This document shows positions 30,706 through 39,561 of a DNA stretch of 64,000 nt, piece after piece. The position numbers and the translations under genes were made by a program. The notes below the pieces were generated by a model that made no database searches, was not told the origin of the DNA, and saw nothing but the letters and a program-made list of their open reading frames with translations. The DNA comes from Candidatus Staskawiczbacteria bacterium (GTDB taxonomy: Bacteria; Patescibacteriota; Minisyncoccia; Minisyncoccales; Staskawiczbacteraceae): contig CAIKWD010000021.1 of assembly GCA_903831095.1 (NCBI GenBank), positions 1,518 to 65,517 on the forward strand, in the 5' to 3' direction. Every line of letters begins with the position of its first letter. Positions within the stretch are counted from its first letter, which is position 1.

Positions 30706-32370
30706 ATGAATCAAGAAATAAAAAATTGTCATAACTGTAAGAAAGACTTTACTATAGAGACTGATGACTTTGAATTTTACGAGAAAATGAAAGTTCCAGC
30801 TCCGACTTTTTGTCCAAATTGTAGAATGATTAGAAGAATGGGTTGGCTTGGTTACGGGCAGTATTTGTTTAAGCGCAAATGTGATTTTACCGGAGATAAC
30901 GTTATAACGTGTTACAATTCTGATTCGCCACATAAAATATACAGGCAGGATATATGGTGGTCAGACAAATGGGATCCAAAGAGCTATGGCAAGGATTATG
31001 ATTTTTCAAAGCCATTTTTTGAACAGTGGAAAGAATTATTTGAAGCTGTACCATTGCCGGCTCTCAGCACTGAATATTCAACTATGATTGAAAGCGATTA
31101 TTGCAATGGAGCTAATAACTTAAAAAATTGCTATTTGCTTTTTGGGGCAGGCGAGAATAAGGGTTGTGCATATGGTAGATCGGTAAATTATTGTCAGGAT
31201 TCACTTGACCTTACGCACGTGCATAATTTAGAACTTTGCCATGACACGGTTATGGTTGACCGTGGGTATAAGGTTTTTTCATCAAGATATTGTGAAGATT
31301 GCCATGATGTATGGTTTTCAGAAGATCTTGTTGGGTGTACAGATTGTATTGGTTGTATTAATTTAAGAAACAAACAGTATCATATTTTCAACGAGCCGGT
31401 TACCAAGGAAGAATTTAAAAAATTTATTAACGACCTTGATTTGGGCTCATATCAAAATCGTGTGGCTTTTAAGCAAAAAGCCAAAGAGTTTTTTTTGACT
31501 AAGCCTCATAAAAATTTTCATGAAAGGAAAAATATAAATACATCCGGTGATTATATTTATAATTCAAAGAATGTAAAAAATTCATATTTGGTATTTGGAG
31601 GCGAAAATGTACACTATACTCAAATGGTAGAAACACCTTCCGCAGCGAATGTTTATGATTTTTCCAATTTTGGATATGGTATTGAATTTGTATATGAATC
31701 TGCATGGTGCGGACTTTCAAGCAATAATATAAAATTTTGCTGTTGGAACTATTATGTGCATGATTTGGAGTATTGTTTTGGGTGCCATGGATCTGGAAAT
31801 TTGTTTGGGTGCGTTGGAATTAGAAGTGGGGAATATTGCATTTTAAATAAGCAATATACAAAGGAAGAATATAAAGATATTGTTCCTAAAATTATTGAGC
31901 AAATGAAGTCAACGGGAGAATATGGCGAATTTTTCCCTCCTCAACTTTCGCCTTGGGCATATAACGAAACATTGGGTAACGATTATTTACTGCTCTCAAA
32001 AGAGGCTGTAGAAAATTTTGGATTTAAATATCACGAAGAGCTACGCCAGTATCAGGAGGCTACAATGCCAGTTCCAGACAACATAAAAGACGTTAAAGAC
32101 GACGTGCTTGATGCAATTTTAAAATGTGACTTGTGCGGTAAAAACTATAAAATTATCCGCATGGAATTGGAGTTATACCGCCAGATGAATATACCCATAC
32201 CAAGACAATGTTCATTTTGCAGGTACGACAATCGCATCCGTTCTCTTAATCCTATTGCAATTTATAACCGCAAGTGTGTAAAGTGCGAAAAAGAGATAGA
32301 GACGAGCTATGCCCCAGAGCGCCCAGAAATAATATACTGCGAAAGTTGTTACAATAACGAAGTTGCATAA
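30706..32370 (+). CDS. Cys-rich multi-zinc-ribbon protein, paralog 2
   Basis: Same architecture; ends CESCYNNEVA. Confidence 0.9.
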   Translation: MNQEIKNCHNCKKDFTIETDDFEFYEKMKVPAPTFCPNCRMIRRMGWLGYGQYLFKRKCDFTGDNVITCYNSDSPHKIYRQDIWWSDKWDPKSYGKDYDFSKPFFEQWKELFEAVPLPALSTEYSTMIESDYCNGANNLKNCYLLFGAGENKGCAYGRSVNYCQDSLDLTHVHNLELCHDTVMVDRGYKVFSSRYCEDCHDVWFSEDLVGCTDCIGCINLRNKQYHIFNEPVTKEEFKKFINDLDLGSYQNRVAFKQKAKEFFLTKPHKNFHERKNINTSGDYIYNSKNVKNSYLVFGGENVHYTQMVETPSAANVYDFSNFGYGIEFVYESAWCGLSSNNIKFCCWNYYVHDLEYCFGCHGSGNLFGCVGIRSGEYCILNKQYTKEEYKDIVPKIIEQMKSTGEYGEFFPPQLSPWAYNETLGNDYLLLSKEAVENFGFKYHEELRQYQEATMPVPDNIKDVKDDVLDAILKCDLCGKNYKIIRMELELYRQMNIPIPRQCSFCRYDNRIRSLNPIAIYNRKCVKCEKEIETSYAPERPEIIYCESCYNNEVA

Positions 32371-32389
32371 AAAATATAAAAAATAATTT

Positions 32390-34078
32390 ATGAATCAGGA
32401 AACCAAACAATGTCAGAATTGCAAAAAGGACTTTACTATTGAGTTAGAGGATTTTAATTTCTATGAGAAAATGAAAGTGCCTGCACCAACATTTTGCCCG
32501 GAGTGCAGATTGTTTCGCAGGTTAATTTGGAGAAATGAAAGGATTTTTTTTCGTAGGCCAGAATCATTAACTGGAAAAGAAGTTTTTTCTGGATTTCCGC
32601 CTCAGGCTAAAATAACAGTTTATGATATTGAATATTGGAAGTCTGACGCTTGGGATGCTTTAGATTATGGTAAGGAATATGACTTTTCAAAATCATTTTT
32701 TGAGCAATTTAAAGAATTGATTTATCAAGTACCTTGGCCGTCTCGGGCAATAAGCAACTTGGTAAATTCTGATTACAGTAACCAGGCTGATTATTTAAAA
32801 AATACATATTTGGTACATAATTCCGGTTATGTTGAAAATAGTGCCTATGTTGTTCGCGGTCATAACACCAAGGATAGTTTTGATATTTTAGAAAGCGATG
32901 AAGTTGAGTTGGCATATGATTCTACATTTTTTACCGGTGGATTTAAAATATTCTATTGCTTTGATTGTGTTGATTGCCATGATATTTGGTTGTCAAAAGA
33001 TTTGCATGGTTGTTCTAATTGCGTTGGTTGCGCCGGGTTGCGTGGCAAAAATTACTGTATTTTTAACAAACAATATACAAAAGAAGAATATGCTATTGAA
33101 TTAGAAAAATTAAATTTGAATACTTATTCTGGGTTGGAAACAGCGCGTAAAAAAGCTTATGAGATTTGGCAGAAAACACCTGTAAAATATTACCACGGCA
33201 AGCTGTTGGTTAATTGCGTTGCCGACAACGCCCAAAACAGTAAGAACTGTAAGGAAAGCTGGGGGATAAGAGACAGTCAAGATTCAAAGTTTTGCCAGAA
33301 TGTATATGAATGCACAGATTCCTATGACTACAGCGTTTGGGGAGAGAAAGCTTCTCAAATGTATGAATGTTTGACTTGCGGAAGCCAAGTGGAAAATATG
33401 AAGTTCTGTTTTGATTGCTGGCCTGGAAGCAAAGATTTGGAATATTGCATGGGTTGCAGATCTTCTTCAGACTTGTTTGGATGCGTTGGATTGAAAAGAA
33501 AGCAATATTGTGTTTTTAATAAGCAATATACCAAAGAAGAATATGAAAAATTGGTTGCCCGCATAAAAGATCAAATGATCCAGGTGCCATTTACAGATTC
33601 GCGTGGCAGAGTTTATAAATATGGTGAATTTTTCCCGCAAGAATTTAGTCCTTTTGCATACAACGAAAGCCATTTACAAGACTTGTTTCCCAAGACCAAA
33701 GAGCAGGCAGAAGAATTAGGATTCTTCTTGAGAGAACAACCAGTAAAGGAATTTAAAATTACTTTGCAGTCTTCAGAATTGCCAGATTCTATTGATGAAG
33801 TGCAAGATGACATTTTAAATCAGGTTGTTTCCTGTGGCAATTGCGGGAAGGCTTATAAAATTATTGCTACGGAACTGCAATTTCTAAGGCAAATGAAGTT
33901 GCCCCTTCCAAGGCTTTGTGTAGAGTGCCGTTTTCAAGCGCGCAACAAGTTTATTAATTCTCCATTTTTTTACAACCGAAATTGTGCCAAATGCCAAACT
34001 GCCATTCGTACAACATATGCTCCAGACAGAAAAGAGATAGTTTATTGCGAAAGCTGTTACAATAGCGAAGTGTCATAA
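32390..34078 (+). CDS. Cys-rich multi-zinc-ribbon protein, paralog 3
   Basis: Same architecture; ends CESCYNSEVS. Confidence 0.9.
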   Translation: MNQETKQCQNCKKDFTIELEDFNFYEKMKVPAPTFCPECRLFRRLIWRNERIFFRRPESLTGKEVFSGFPPQAKITVYDIEYWKSDAWDALDYGKEYDFSKSFFEQFKELIYQVPWPSRAISNLVNSDYSNQADYLKNTYLVHNSGYVENSAYVVRGHNTKDSFDILESDEVELAYDSTFFTGGFKIFYCFDCVDCHDIWLSKDLHGCSNCVGCAGLRGKNYCIFNKQYTKEEYAIELEKLNLNTYSGLETARKKAYEIWQKTPVKYYHGKLLVNCVADNAQNSKNCKESWGIRDSQDSKFCQNVYECTDSYDYSVWGEKASQMYECLTCGSQVENMKFCFDCWPGSKDLEYCMGCRSSSDLFGCVGLKRKQYCVFNKQYTKEEYEKLVARIKDQMIQVPFTDSRGRVYKYGEFFPQEFSPFAYNESHLQDLFPKTKEQAEELGFFLREQPVKEFKITLQSSELPDSIDEVQDDILNQVVSCGNCGKAYKIIATELQFLRQMKLPLPRLCVECRFQARNKFINSPFFYNRNCAKCQTAIRTTYAPDRKEIVYCESCYNSEVS

Positions 34079-34082
34079 AAAA

Positions 34083-35780
34083 ATGGAAAGCCAAACTAAA
34101 ATTTGTCAGAGTTGTAAGAAAGACTTTACTATAGAGCCTGATGATTTTGATTTTTATAAAAAGATGAAAGTTCCGCCTCCGACATGGTGTCCGGAATGCC
34201 GAATGATCAGGCGCATGCTGTGGCGTAACGAGCGCAAATTGTTTAGAAGAAAAGATGCTCGTACCGGGAAGGATTTGTTGGCCTTATATCCTGAAGAATC
34301 TGGGTGGCCGGTTTATCATGAAAGCGATTGGTGGAATTTGGATTTGTGGGATCCGCTTTCATACGGGCAGGATTTTAATCCTCAAAAATCTTTTTTGGTG
34401 CAGTTTTTTGAATTGTGCAAAAAGGTGCCCAAACCTCATTCAGATGCAGTTAACATGGTAAACAGCGAATACTCCGCAAATGCTGCTGATATGAAAAACT
34501 GCTATCTTGTTTTCAACTCTGCTTATGACGAAGATTGCGGATATGGCAATGGGTTTACTTCTAGCAGAAATTGTTATGATGGCTCGTATGTTAACAAGTC
34601 GGAAAGATGCTATGGATCTTTTTGGGTAGACAATTGTTACGAAACGCACTTTTCCTCGCATTGTGATAATTGCGTTTCTGTATGGTTTTCCAGAGATTGT
34701 CGGGGATGTTCTTATTGTGTTGGCTGTGCCAATTTACGGAACAAAAAATACTGCATTTTTAATGAGCAATTTACCAAAGAGGAATATGATGTTCGTATTG
34801 CCCAAATGAAGCTTGATACATGGACTGGCATTGTTTCTGTTGGAAATCAATCAAAAAGTTTTTGGCTTTTATATCCGTACAAATATATTCAAGGAGTGCA
34901 AAATACCAATGTATCCGGAGCATATATCTCCAATTCTAAGAATACAAAAAAAAGCTACTTGATACGAGGCGCAGAAGACATTGCTTATGTGCAATATGGC
35001 CAATATCCACCTTTGAGAGACGCAATGGATGTGACCGTAACCGGCGAAACAGAGCTTGTATATGAAAGTTTAACTTCTGGGTGGTCTGGCTCAAATATAA
35101 AATTTTGCGTTGAATCATGGAATGGCGGTCATGACTTGGAATACTGCTTGTTTTGCTCCAGCAATGGAGCTAATTTATTTGGATGCGTTGGAGTAGGCAA
35201 GTACCAATATTGTATTTTGAACAAACAATATACCAAAGAAGAATATTTTGCCTTGCGGGAAAAAATCATTCAGCAAATGAATGATATGCCATATGTAGAC
35301 AAACAAGGCAGGGTTTACAAATATGGAGAATTTTTTCCACCGGAATTTTCTCCTCTTGCATATCAGCAGACAATTCTGCCCGAACACTTCAATATGACTC
35401 AACAGGAGGTGGAAGCATTTGGCGCTCGTTGGCAGGAGTCTAATTCTACTGAATATCAAACTACAAAAGACGCCAAAAATCTGTCAGATTCCATTGAAAA
35501 TGTTGATTTAGAAGTGTTAAAAGAGGTTATAAAATGCGAAAAGTGCGGGAAGGCTTATAGGATTATTCAACCGGAATTGCAATTTTTAAAACAAGTCAAA
35601 ATTCCCTTGCCACACACATGCGTTGATTGCAGACACTTTGATAGAATAAGTCAAAGGAATCCTGCTATATTTTATAATAGAAAATGCGCTAAATGTGGCA
35701 TAGATATAGAAACAAGTTATGCTCCGGACAGGAAAGAGATAGTTTACTGCGAAAAGTGTTACAATGAAGAAGTAGTGTAA
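34083..35780 (+). CDS. Cys-rich multi-zinc-ribbon protein, paralog 4
   Basis: Same architecture; ends CEKCYNEEVV. Confidence 0.9.
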   Translation: MESQTKICQSCKKDFTIEPDDFDFYKKMKVPPPTWCPECRMIRRMLWRNERKLFRRKDARTGKDLLALYPEESGWPVYHESDWWNLDLWDPLSYGQDFNPQKSFLVQFFELCKKVPKPHSDAVNMVNSEYSANAADMKNCYLVFNSAYDEDCGYGNGFTSSRNCYDGSYVNKSERCYGSFWVDNCYETHFSSHCDNCVSVWFSRDCRGCSYCVGCANLRNKKYCIFNEQFTKEEYDVRIAQMKLDTWTGIVSVGNQSKSFWLLYPYKYIQGVQNTNVSGAYISNSKNTKKSYLIRGAEDIAYVQYGQYPPLRDAMDVTVTGETELVYESLTSGWSGSNIKFCVESWNGGHDLEYCLFCSSNGANLFGCVGVGKYQYCILNKQYTKEEYFALREKIIQQMNDMPYVDKQGRVYKYGEFFPPEFSPLAYQQTILPEHFNMTQQEVEAFGARWQESNSTEYQTTKDAKNLSDSIENVDLEVLKEVIKCEKCGKAYRIIQPELQFLKQVKIPLPHTCVDCRHFDRISQRNPAIFYNRKCAKCGIDIETSYAPDRKEIVYCEKCYNEEVV

Positions 35781-35793
35781 ATTTTTTATTAAA

Positions 35794-35890
35794 TTGTGAG
35801 AGAATGAGTTCAGCGCGAATTAGGGAAATAATGTGATTTATATAATCATATGCCCTAATTCTCGAAGTAACCTTGTTCGCTCGCTCACAA
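35794..35890. repeat. Structured intergenic element with terminal inverted repeats (MITE-like)
   Basis: TTGTGAG...CTCACAA ends; internal GAATTAGGG/CCCTAATTC and ATGTGATT/AATCATAT stems. Confidence 0.45.
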
Positions 35891-35894
35891 GGCC

Positions 35895-36206
35895 ATGATA
35901 TTTATTTATGTGCCGTGTCAAAATCTTGAAACGGCCAAAACTATCGCTAAAATTTTGGTCGAAGGAAAAAAAGCAGGCAAGGTAGACATTTTGCCTACCA
36001 ATTCAGTTTCTCGCGAAGCCGGTGGAATAGTTGAAACTGTGGGGGCAACTATGATTATTATGACCATAGACAAACATGTCCAAGACATAGAGGACATTGT
36101 TAGAGAACATTACCATGATGGCGTGCCTTGTATGGCAACTATTTCACTATATCGACTAAATCGCGACTTTAAAGATTGGCTTATTGCCTCTACAGATTTA
36201 ATTTAG
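35895..36206 (+). CDS. cutA: Divergent CutA1-family protein
   Basis: IY.PC....A..IA..LVE.K.A pattern, 103 aa, H...VPC near C-terminus; several consensus residues replaced. Confidence 0.65.
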   Translation: MIFIYVPCQNLETAKTIAKILVEGKKAGKVDILPTNSVSREAGGIVETVGATMIIMTIDKHVQDIEDIVREHYHDGVPCMATISLYRLNRDFKDWLIASTDLI

Positions 36207-36207
36207 G

Positions 36208-36232
36208 GCCTGCCCTGAGCCCGCCGAAGGGT
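36208..36232. repeat. Miniature repeat (CCTGAGC...CGAAGG type), intergenic copy
   Basis: GCCTGCCCTGAGCCCGCCGAAGGGT; near-match to the reverse complement of 48112-48138. Confidence 0.7.
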
Positions 36233-36298
36233 TGAAGAAAGTGCATAAAAAAGCTATTATTAAAAAAAAGATAGTTAAAATTTAATTTAGTAACGTTT

Positions 36299-37759
36299 AT
36301 GGCAGAGAATAATAGAATACGAAGATTTAAATTGGCGCCTCCGCCTCCAGAGCTGCCTATTTACGGTACAGTTGATCCTGAAGAATGCTCATTTATTGGT
36401 AAAACCAACTATGAAGCGGCTTTACAAGAACAGAAGTTTATTTTTGGAATTAAAAGGGTAGACAGACGCAGGCACTTGTATATTGTAGGAAAATCCGGAG
36501 TTGGAAAGTCAAAACTTCTAGAACTTTTTGTGCGCCAAGACATTGGATATGGCCACGGGCTTTGTTTTATAGATCCGCACGGAGACGTTATAGATGCAAT
36601 TTTGGATTTTATTCCTGAAGACCGCATAGATGACGTTGTTCTTATTGACCCTTCAGATGCCAAGTTCCCAATATCTTTCAACCCTTTAGCCAATATTGAT
36701 CCGGCTTTCAAACATCAATTGACTCAGGGTTTAATTGAGGTGCTAGAGAGGCAGTTTGGCGCTAACTGGACACCAAGGCTTGAGCACGTTTTCCGTTTTA
36801 CCTGTTTGGCTCTTTTGGATTATCCTCATGGCACAATGCGCGGAATGATTTCCATGCTGACTGATCGCAATTACCGCCAGCTGGTGGTTGAGTATATTGA
36901 AGACGACATGGTAAAGCGCTTCTGGGCCATTGAGTTTGCCGATTGGTCTGAAAAATACGACACCGAAGCTATTATCCCTTTGGTTAACAAACTTGCACAG
37001 TTTTTGTCTGACCCGGCCTTGCGTGGAATTTTTGGACAAGAGGAAAACAAAGTTGATTTGGAAAAGCTGATGAACGAAGGCAAGATTATTTTGATTAACT
37101 TGTCTAAGGGAAAATTGGGAGAGGAAAACGCCAGCTTTTTTGGCTCAATGTTTATTACAAAAATAAAACAGGCTGGTATGGCGCGCGCTTCGCTTCCTGA
37201 ATCAGAGAGGAATGATTTTTATTTGTATGTTGACGAGTTCCACAACTTAATGACCGAGACCTTTGAAAACATATTGTCTGAAGCCCGCAAATACGGCATT
37301 TGTCTTACAGTTGCTCACCAGTACATGGGCCAGCTTCTGCCAAAAGTTCAGCAAGCTGTTTTGGGAAACACGGGAACCATTATTGTATTTAGAGTTGGTG
37401 GAGAAGATGCAGTTAAACTTGAGCCGGAAATGGCGCCAATATTTGGAGTCAAAGACATGGTAAACTTGGGAGTGCAGAATTTTTACATCAAGGAAACAAT
37501 TGATGGAGAAGCTTATGACCCTTTTTCTGCTGAAACTCTCAAAGTTATGCCGCCAACTCACAAGTCTTTCAAAAAGGAAATTATTGAGGCTTCACGCTCA
37601 AAATATACTATTTCAGCTGAGGCCGCAAAAGAGCTTATGCAGTCTGAAGAATCTAAAATTATGAGAAGCTCGCACGAGAAATCCATAATTCAAGGCAAGG
37701 GAAAAGGCCCCGAAGAATCTAAAAAAGCAGAAGACAAACCCGAAGAGCCATTAATCTAA
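36299..37759 (+). CDS. Second VirD4/TrwB/HerA-like P-loop ATPase (paralog of 26605)
   Basis: HLYIVGKSGVGKS, FIDPHGD, YVDEFHN, SEARKY, AHQY; aligns by eye with the core of 26605. Confidence 0.88.
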   Translation: MAENNRIRRFKLAPPPPELPIYGTVDPEECSFIGKTNYEAALQEQKFIFGIKRVDRRRHLYIVGKSGVGKSKLLELFVRQDIGYGHGLCFIDPHGDVIDAILDFIPEDRIDDVVLIDPSDAKFPISFNPLANIDPAFKHQLTQGLIEVLERQFGANWTPRLEHVFRFTCLALLDYPHGTMRGMISMLTDRNYRQLVVEYIEDDMVKRFWAIEFADWSEKYDTEAIIPLVNKLAQFLSDPALRGIFGQEENKVDLEKLMNEGKIILINLSKGKLGEENASFFGSMFITKIKQAGMARASLPESERNDFYLYVDEFHNLMTETFENILSEARKYGICLTVAHQYMGQLLPKVQQAVLGNTGTIIVFRVGGEDAVKLEPEMAPIFGVKDMVNLGVQNFYIKETIDGEAYDPFSAETLKVMPPTHKSFKKEIIEASRSKYTISAEAAKELMQSEESKIMRSSHEKSIIQGKGKGPEESKKAEDKPEEPLI

Positions 37760-37779
37760 TAATTGTAAAGTTTAGTGAT

Positions 37780-37805
37780 AAAAAAGGTGCGAAAGCATCT
37801 TTTTT
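37780..37805 (+). terminator. Intrinsic terminator
   Basis: AAAAAAGGTGC-GAAA-GCATCTTTTTT. Confidence 0.8.
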
Positions 37806-37822
37806 GTTTGCTTATAAAAACA

Positions 37823-37862
37823 TTGACATTATTCTAAATTAGTTGTAGAGTTATATTGGTTC
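37823..37862 (+). promoter_or_regulatory. Duplicated 40-bp promoter module, copy 1
   Basis: TTGACA-17-TAGAGT; 38/40 identical to 38811-38850. Confidence 0.8.
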
Positions 37863-37892
37863 TTTATATAACTAACTAAAAAGGAGATAGAA

Positions 37893-38708
37893 ATGAAAAC
37901 GAACGAAGCAGTGGGAAGACCGGTAAGGATTTTTGTGGCGATGGATGTAAATAATCCAATTCGCCGGGCGATTGAGAAGGTTGTGAGATTGATGAAGGCT
38001 GAATATCGATGTGTTGTTGAAAAAATAGACGAGGCAGATCTCGTAATTTTCTGTGACACAAAGGATATTGAGCGTAGATACGATAAGGATAAATTCTACG
38101 TATTTATCCAGCTTGCTGAAAAAGTCCCAGTATTGCCCGAAGGATGCTTCGTAATTCCACTGAGTGAAGCTATGCTCGGACTTATGAAGGCAGTCGGAGA
38201 TGTTCACGAAGAACTCAAGCCCATTGTTGAAGTCCCAGTTATTGATTCAGTTTCAGTTCGGTCTGATGCCATGCGCATTCTTGTTATTGATGACACGGCA
38301 AAAAACATCAAGAGCGCGAAAGTTGGTTTGGCAGGACATATTCTCACCACAGTTACAGGTTATGAAGACGCGTTAGATATTCTTGAAAAAGAAAAATTTG
38401 ACGTTGTTTTGACAGATATGAATCTGCCAATGTCATCGAAGAACCTGTGCAAAAACTTCAAACTTGGAGAGCTGGTTCCTTATGGAACTTTGTTGATGAT
38501 GAAAGCAGCGCACCAAGGAGCGAAGTATGTGGGCATTGTCAGCGACATTGCCAGTCATCCTGAGGACCCGGTTTCGGCAACGTTTGAGAATTACACAAAG
38601 ATTATTTTTTGCGTTGACAGCGCGAAAGTAATGTTTATCCGTGCTAAAACGGATTCAGACGGATATAAGGATTGGGCGGATGCGCTTTTGCAGCTCATGA
38701 AAGGCTAA
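37893..38708 (+). CDS. Orphan receiver (REC)-like domain protein
   Basis: RILVIDD...ALDIL....FDVVLTDMNLP; AAGGAG SD. Confidence 0.7.
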   Translation: MKTNEAVGRPVRIFVAMDVNNPIRRAIEKVVRLMKAEYRCVVEKIDEADLVIFCDTKDIERRYDKDKFYVFIQLAEKVPVLPEGCFVIPLSEAMLGLMKAVGDVHEELKPIVEVPVIDSVSVRSDAMRILVIDDTAKNIKSAKVGLAGHILTTVTGYEDALDILEKEKFDVVLTDMNLPMSSKNLCKNFKLGELVPYGTLLMMKAAHQGAKYVGIVSDIASHPEDPVSATFENYTKIIFCVDSAKVMFIRAKTDSDGYKDWADALLQLMKG

Positions 38709-38766
38709 AACTTTTTCTAGGCGGATACATTCCGCAGATGACATGATATGTCATAGACAAATATCA

Positions 38767-38795
38767 AGCTCGAATTTATTCGGGCTTCTTTTTTT
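38767..38795 (+). terminator. Intrinsic terminator
   Basis: AGCTCGAA-TTTA-TTCGGGCT followed by T-tract. Confidence 0.7.
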
Positions 38796-38810
38796 ACTAG
38801 TTTTATAATA

Positions 38811-38850
38811 TTGACATTATTTAAAATTAGTTGTAGAGTTATATTGGTTC
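38811..38850 (+). promoter_or_regulatory. Duplicated 40-bp promoter module, copy 2
   Basis: TTGACA-17-TAGAGT; 38/40 identical to 37823-37862. Confidence 0.8.
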
Positions 38851-38879
38851 ATTTAATAATCTATACAAAGGAGATAAAA

Positions 38880-39470
38880 ATGGAAAATATCTGCGCTTGC
38901 ATAATAGTCATTATGACTTCGCTTTTCGCAGTATTTTATGCTTATCAAATTCGAAAACATAAAATAGACCCAACACTTTCAACCTGGATTATTTTCATGT
39001 CAGGAGTTGGCATAAGCTTGATAACTTATACAATTGCCGAGAATAAGGATTTTAAATCAGGAATACTAAATAAAGTGGATGCAGCTTTTGTGTTAGTGGT
39101 TATCTCAGCAATATTTGCTTGGGGTAAAAGAGAACTACGCTTGAAGCCGTTCGAAAAATGGTATCTGCTAGGAGTTTTGGTTATTATTGTATATGGAATA
39201 TTGTCAAAAAGTGCCTGGAATTCTAATGTCCTTTCACAAGTGCTTCTAAGTGTGGGGTATATACCGACAATTCATCATTTAATCCAACAAAAGAAGAATA
39301 GGGAGTCTTTTCTCGGTTGGGGATGTTCGATGATTGCAGCTATTGCTGCCCTTTATCTTGCCAGAGTTGCTGGTAAACCCTTGGAAACATTATATGCAAG
39401 TCGTGCATTATTCTTTGCTGCGCTTCTCTTGTGTTTGATGTTTTATTACGAGATTAAACAAAAAAAATAG
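38880..39470 (+). CDS. Multi-pass membrane protein (about 6-7 TM, PQ-loop-like)
   Basis: Y..QI.K.KI.P...TW and YIPT......K..ES..GW pattern; ATG 38880 after AAGGAG. Confidence 0.6.
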   Translation: MENICACIIVIMTSLFAVFYAYQIRKHKIDPTLSTWIIFMSGVGISLITYTIAENKDFKSGILNKVDAAFVLVVISAIFAWGKRELRLKPFEKWYLLGVLVIIVYGILSKSAWNSNVLSQVLLSVGYIPTIHHLIQQKKNRESFLGWGCSMIAAIAALYLARVAGKPLETLYASRALFFAALLLCLMFYYEIKQKK

Positions 39471-39535
39471 CCCGTGGTGCACCCATGGGTTTTTTATTTA
39501 AAAGCCTTTTAATTGAAGGGCTTTTTTGGTAGGAT
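39469..39535 (+). terminator. Tandem hairpins: terminator plus hairpin overlapping a putative promoter of array 2
   Basis: CCCGTGG-TGCAC-CCATGGG-T6; AAAAGCCTTTT-AATT-GAAGGGCTTTT; TTTTAA(39507)-17-TAGGAT(39530). Confidence 0.65.
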
Positions 39536-39561
39536 TAGGTAATTAATTAATCTAAAATATT

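Noticed and set aside
24960..37759. Conjugative element/ICE
   Set aside because: No relaxase, integrase, VirB4/MPF genes or att sites; flanked by housekeeping genes
38811..38879. TTG start of the 219-aa ORF
   Set aside because: That TTG is the -35 of the duplicated promoter; ATG 38880 has an SD
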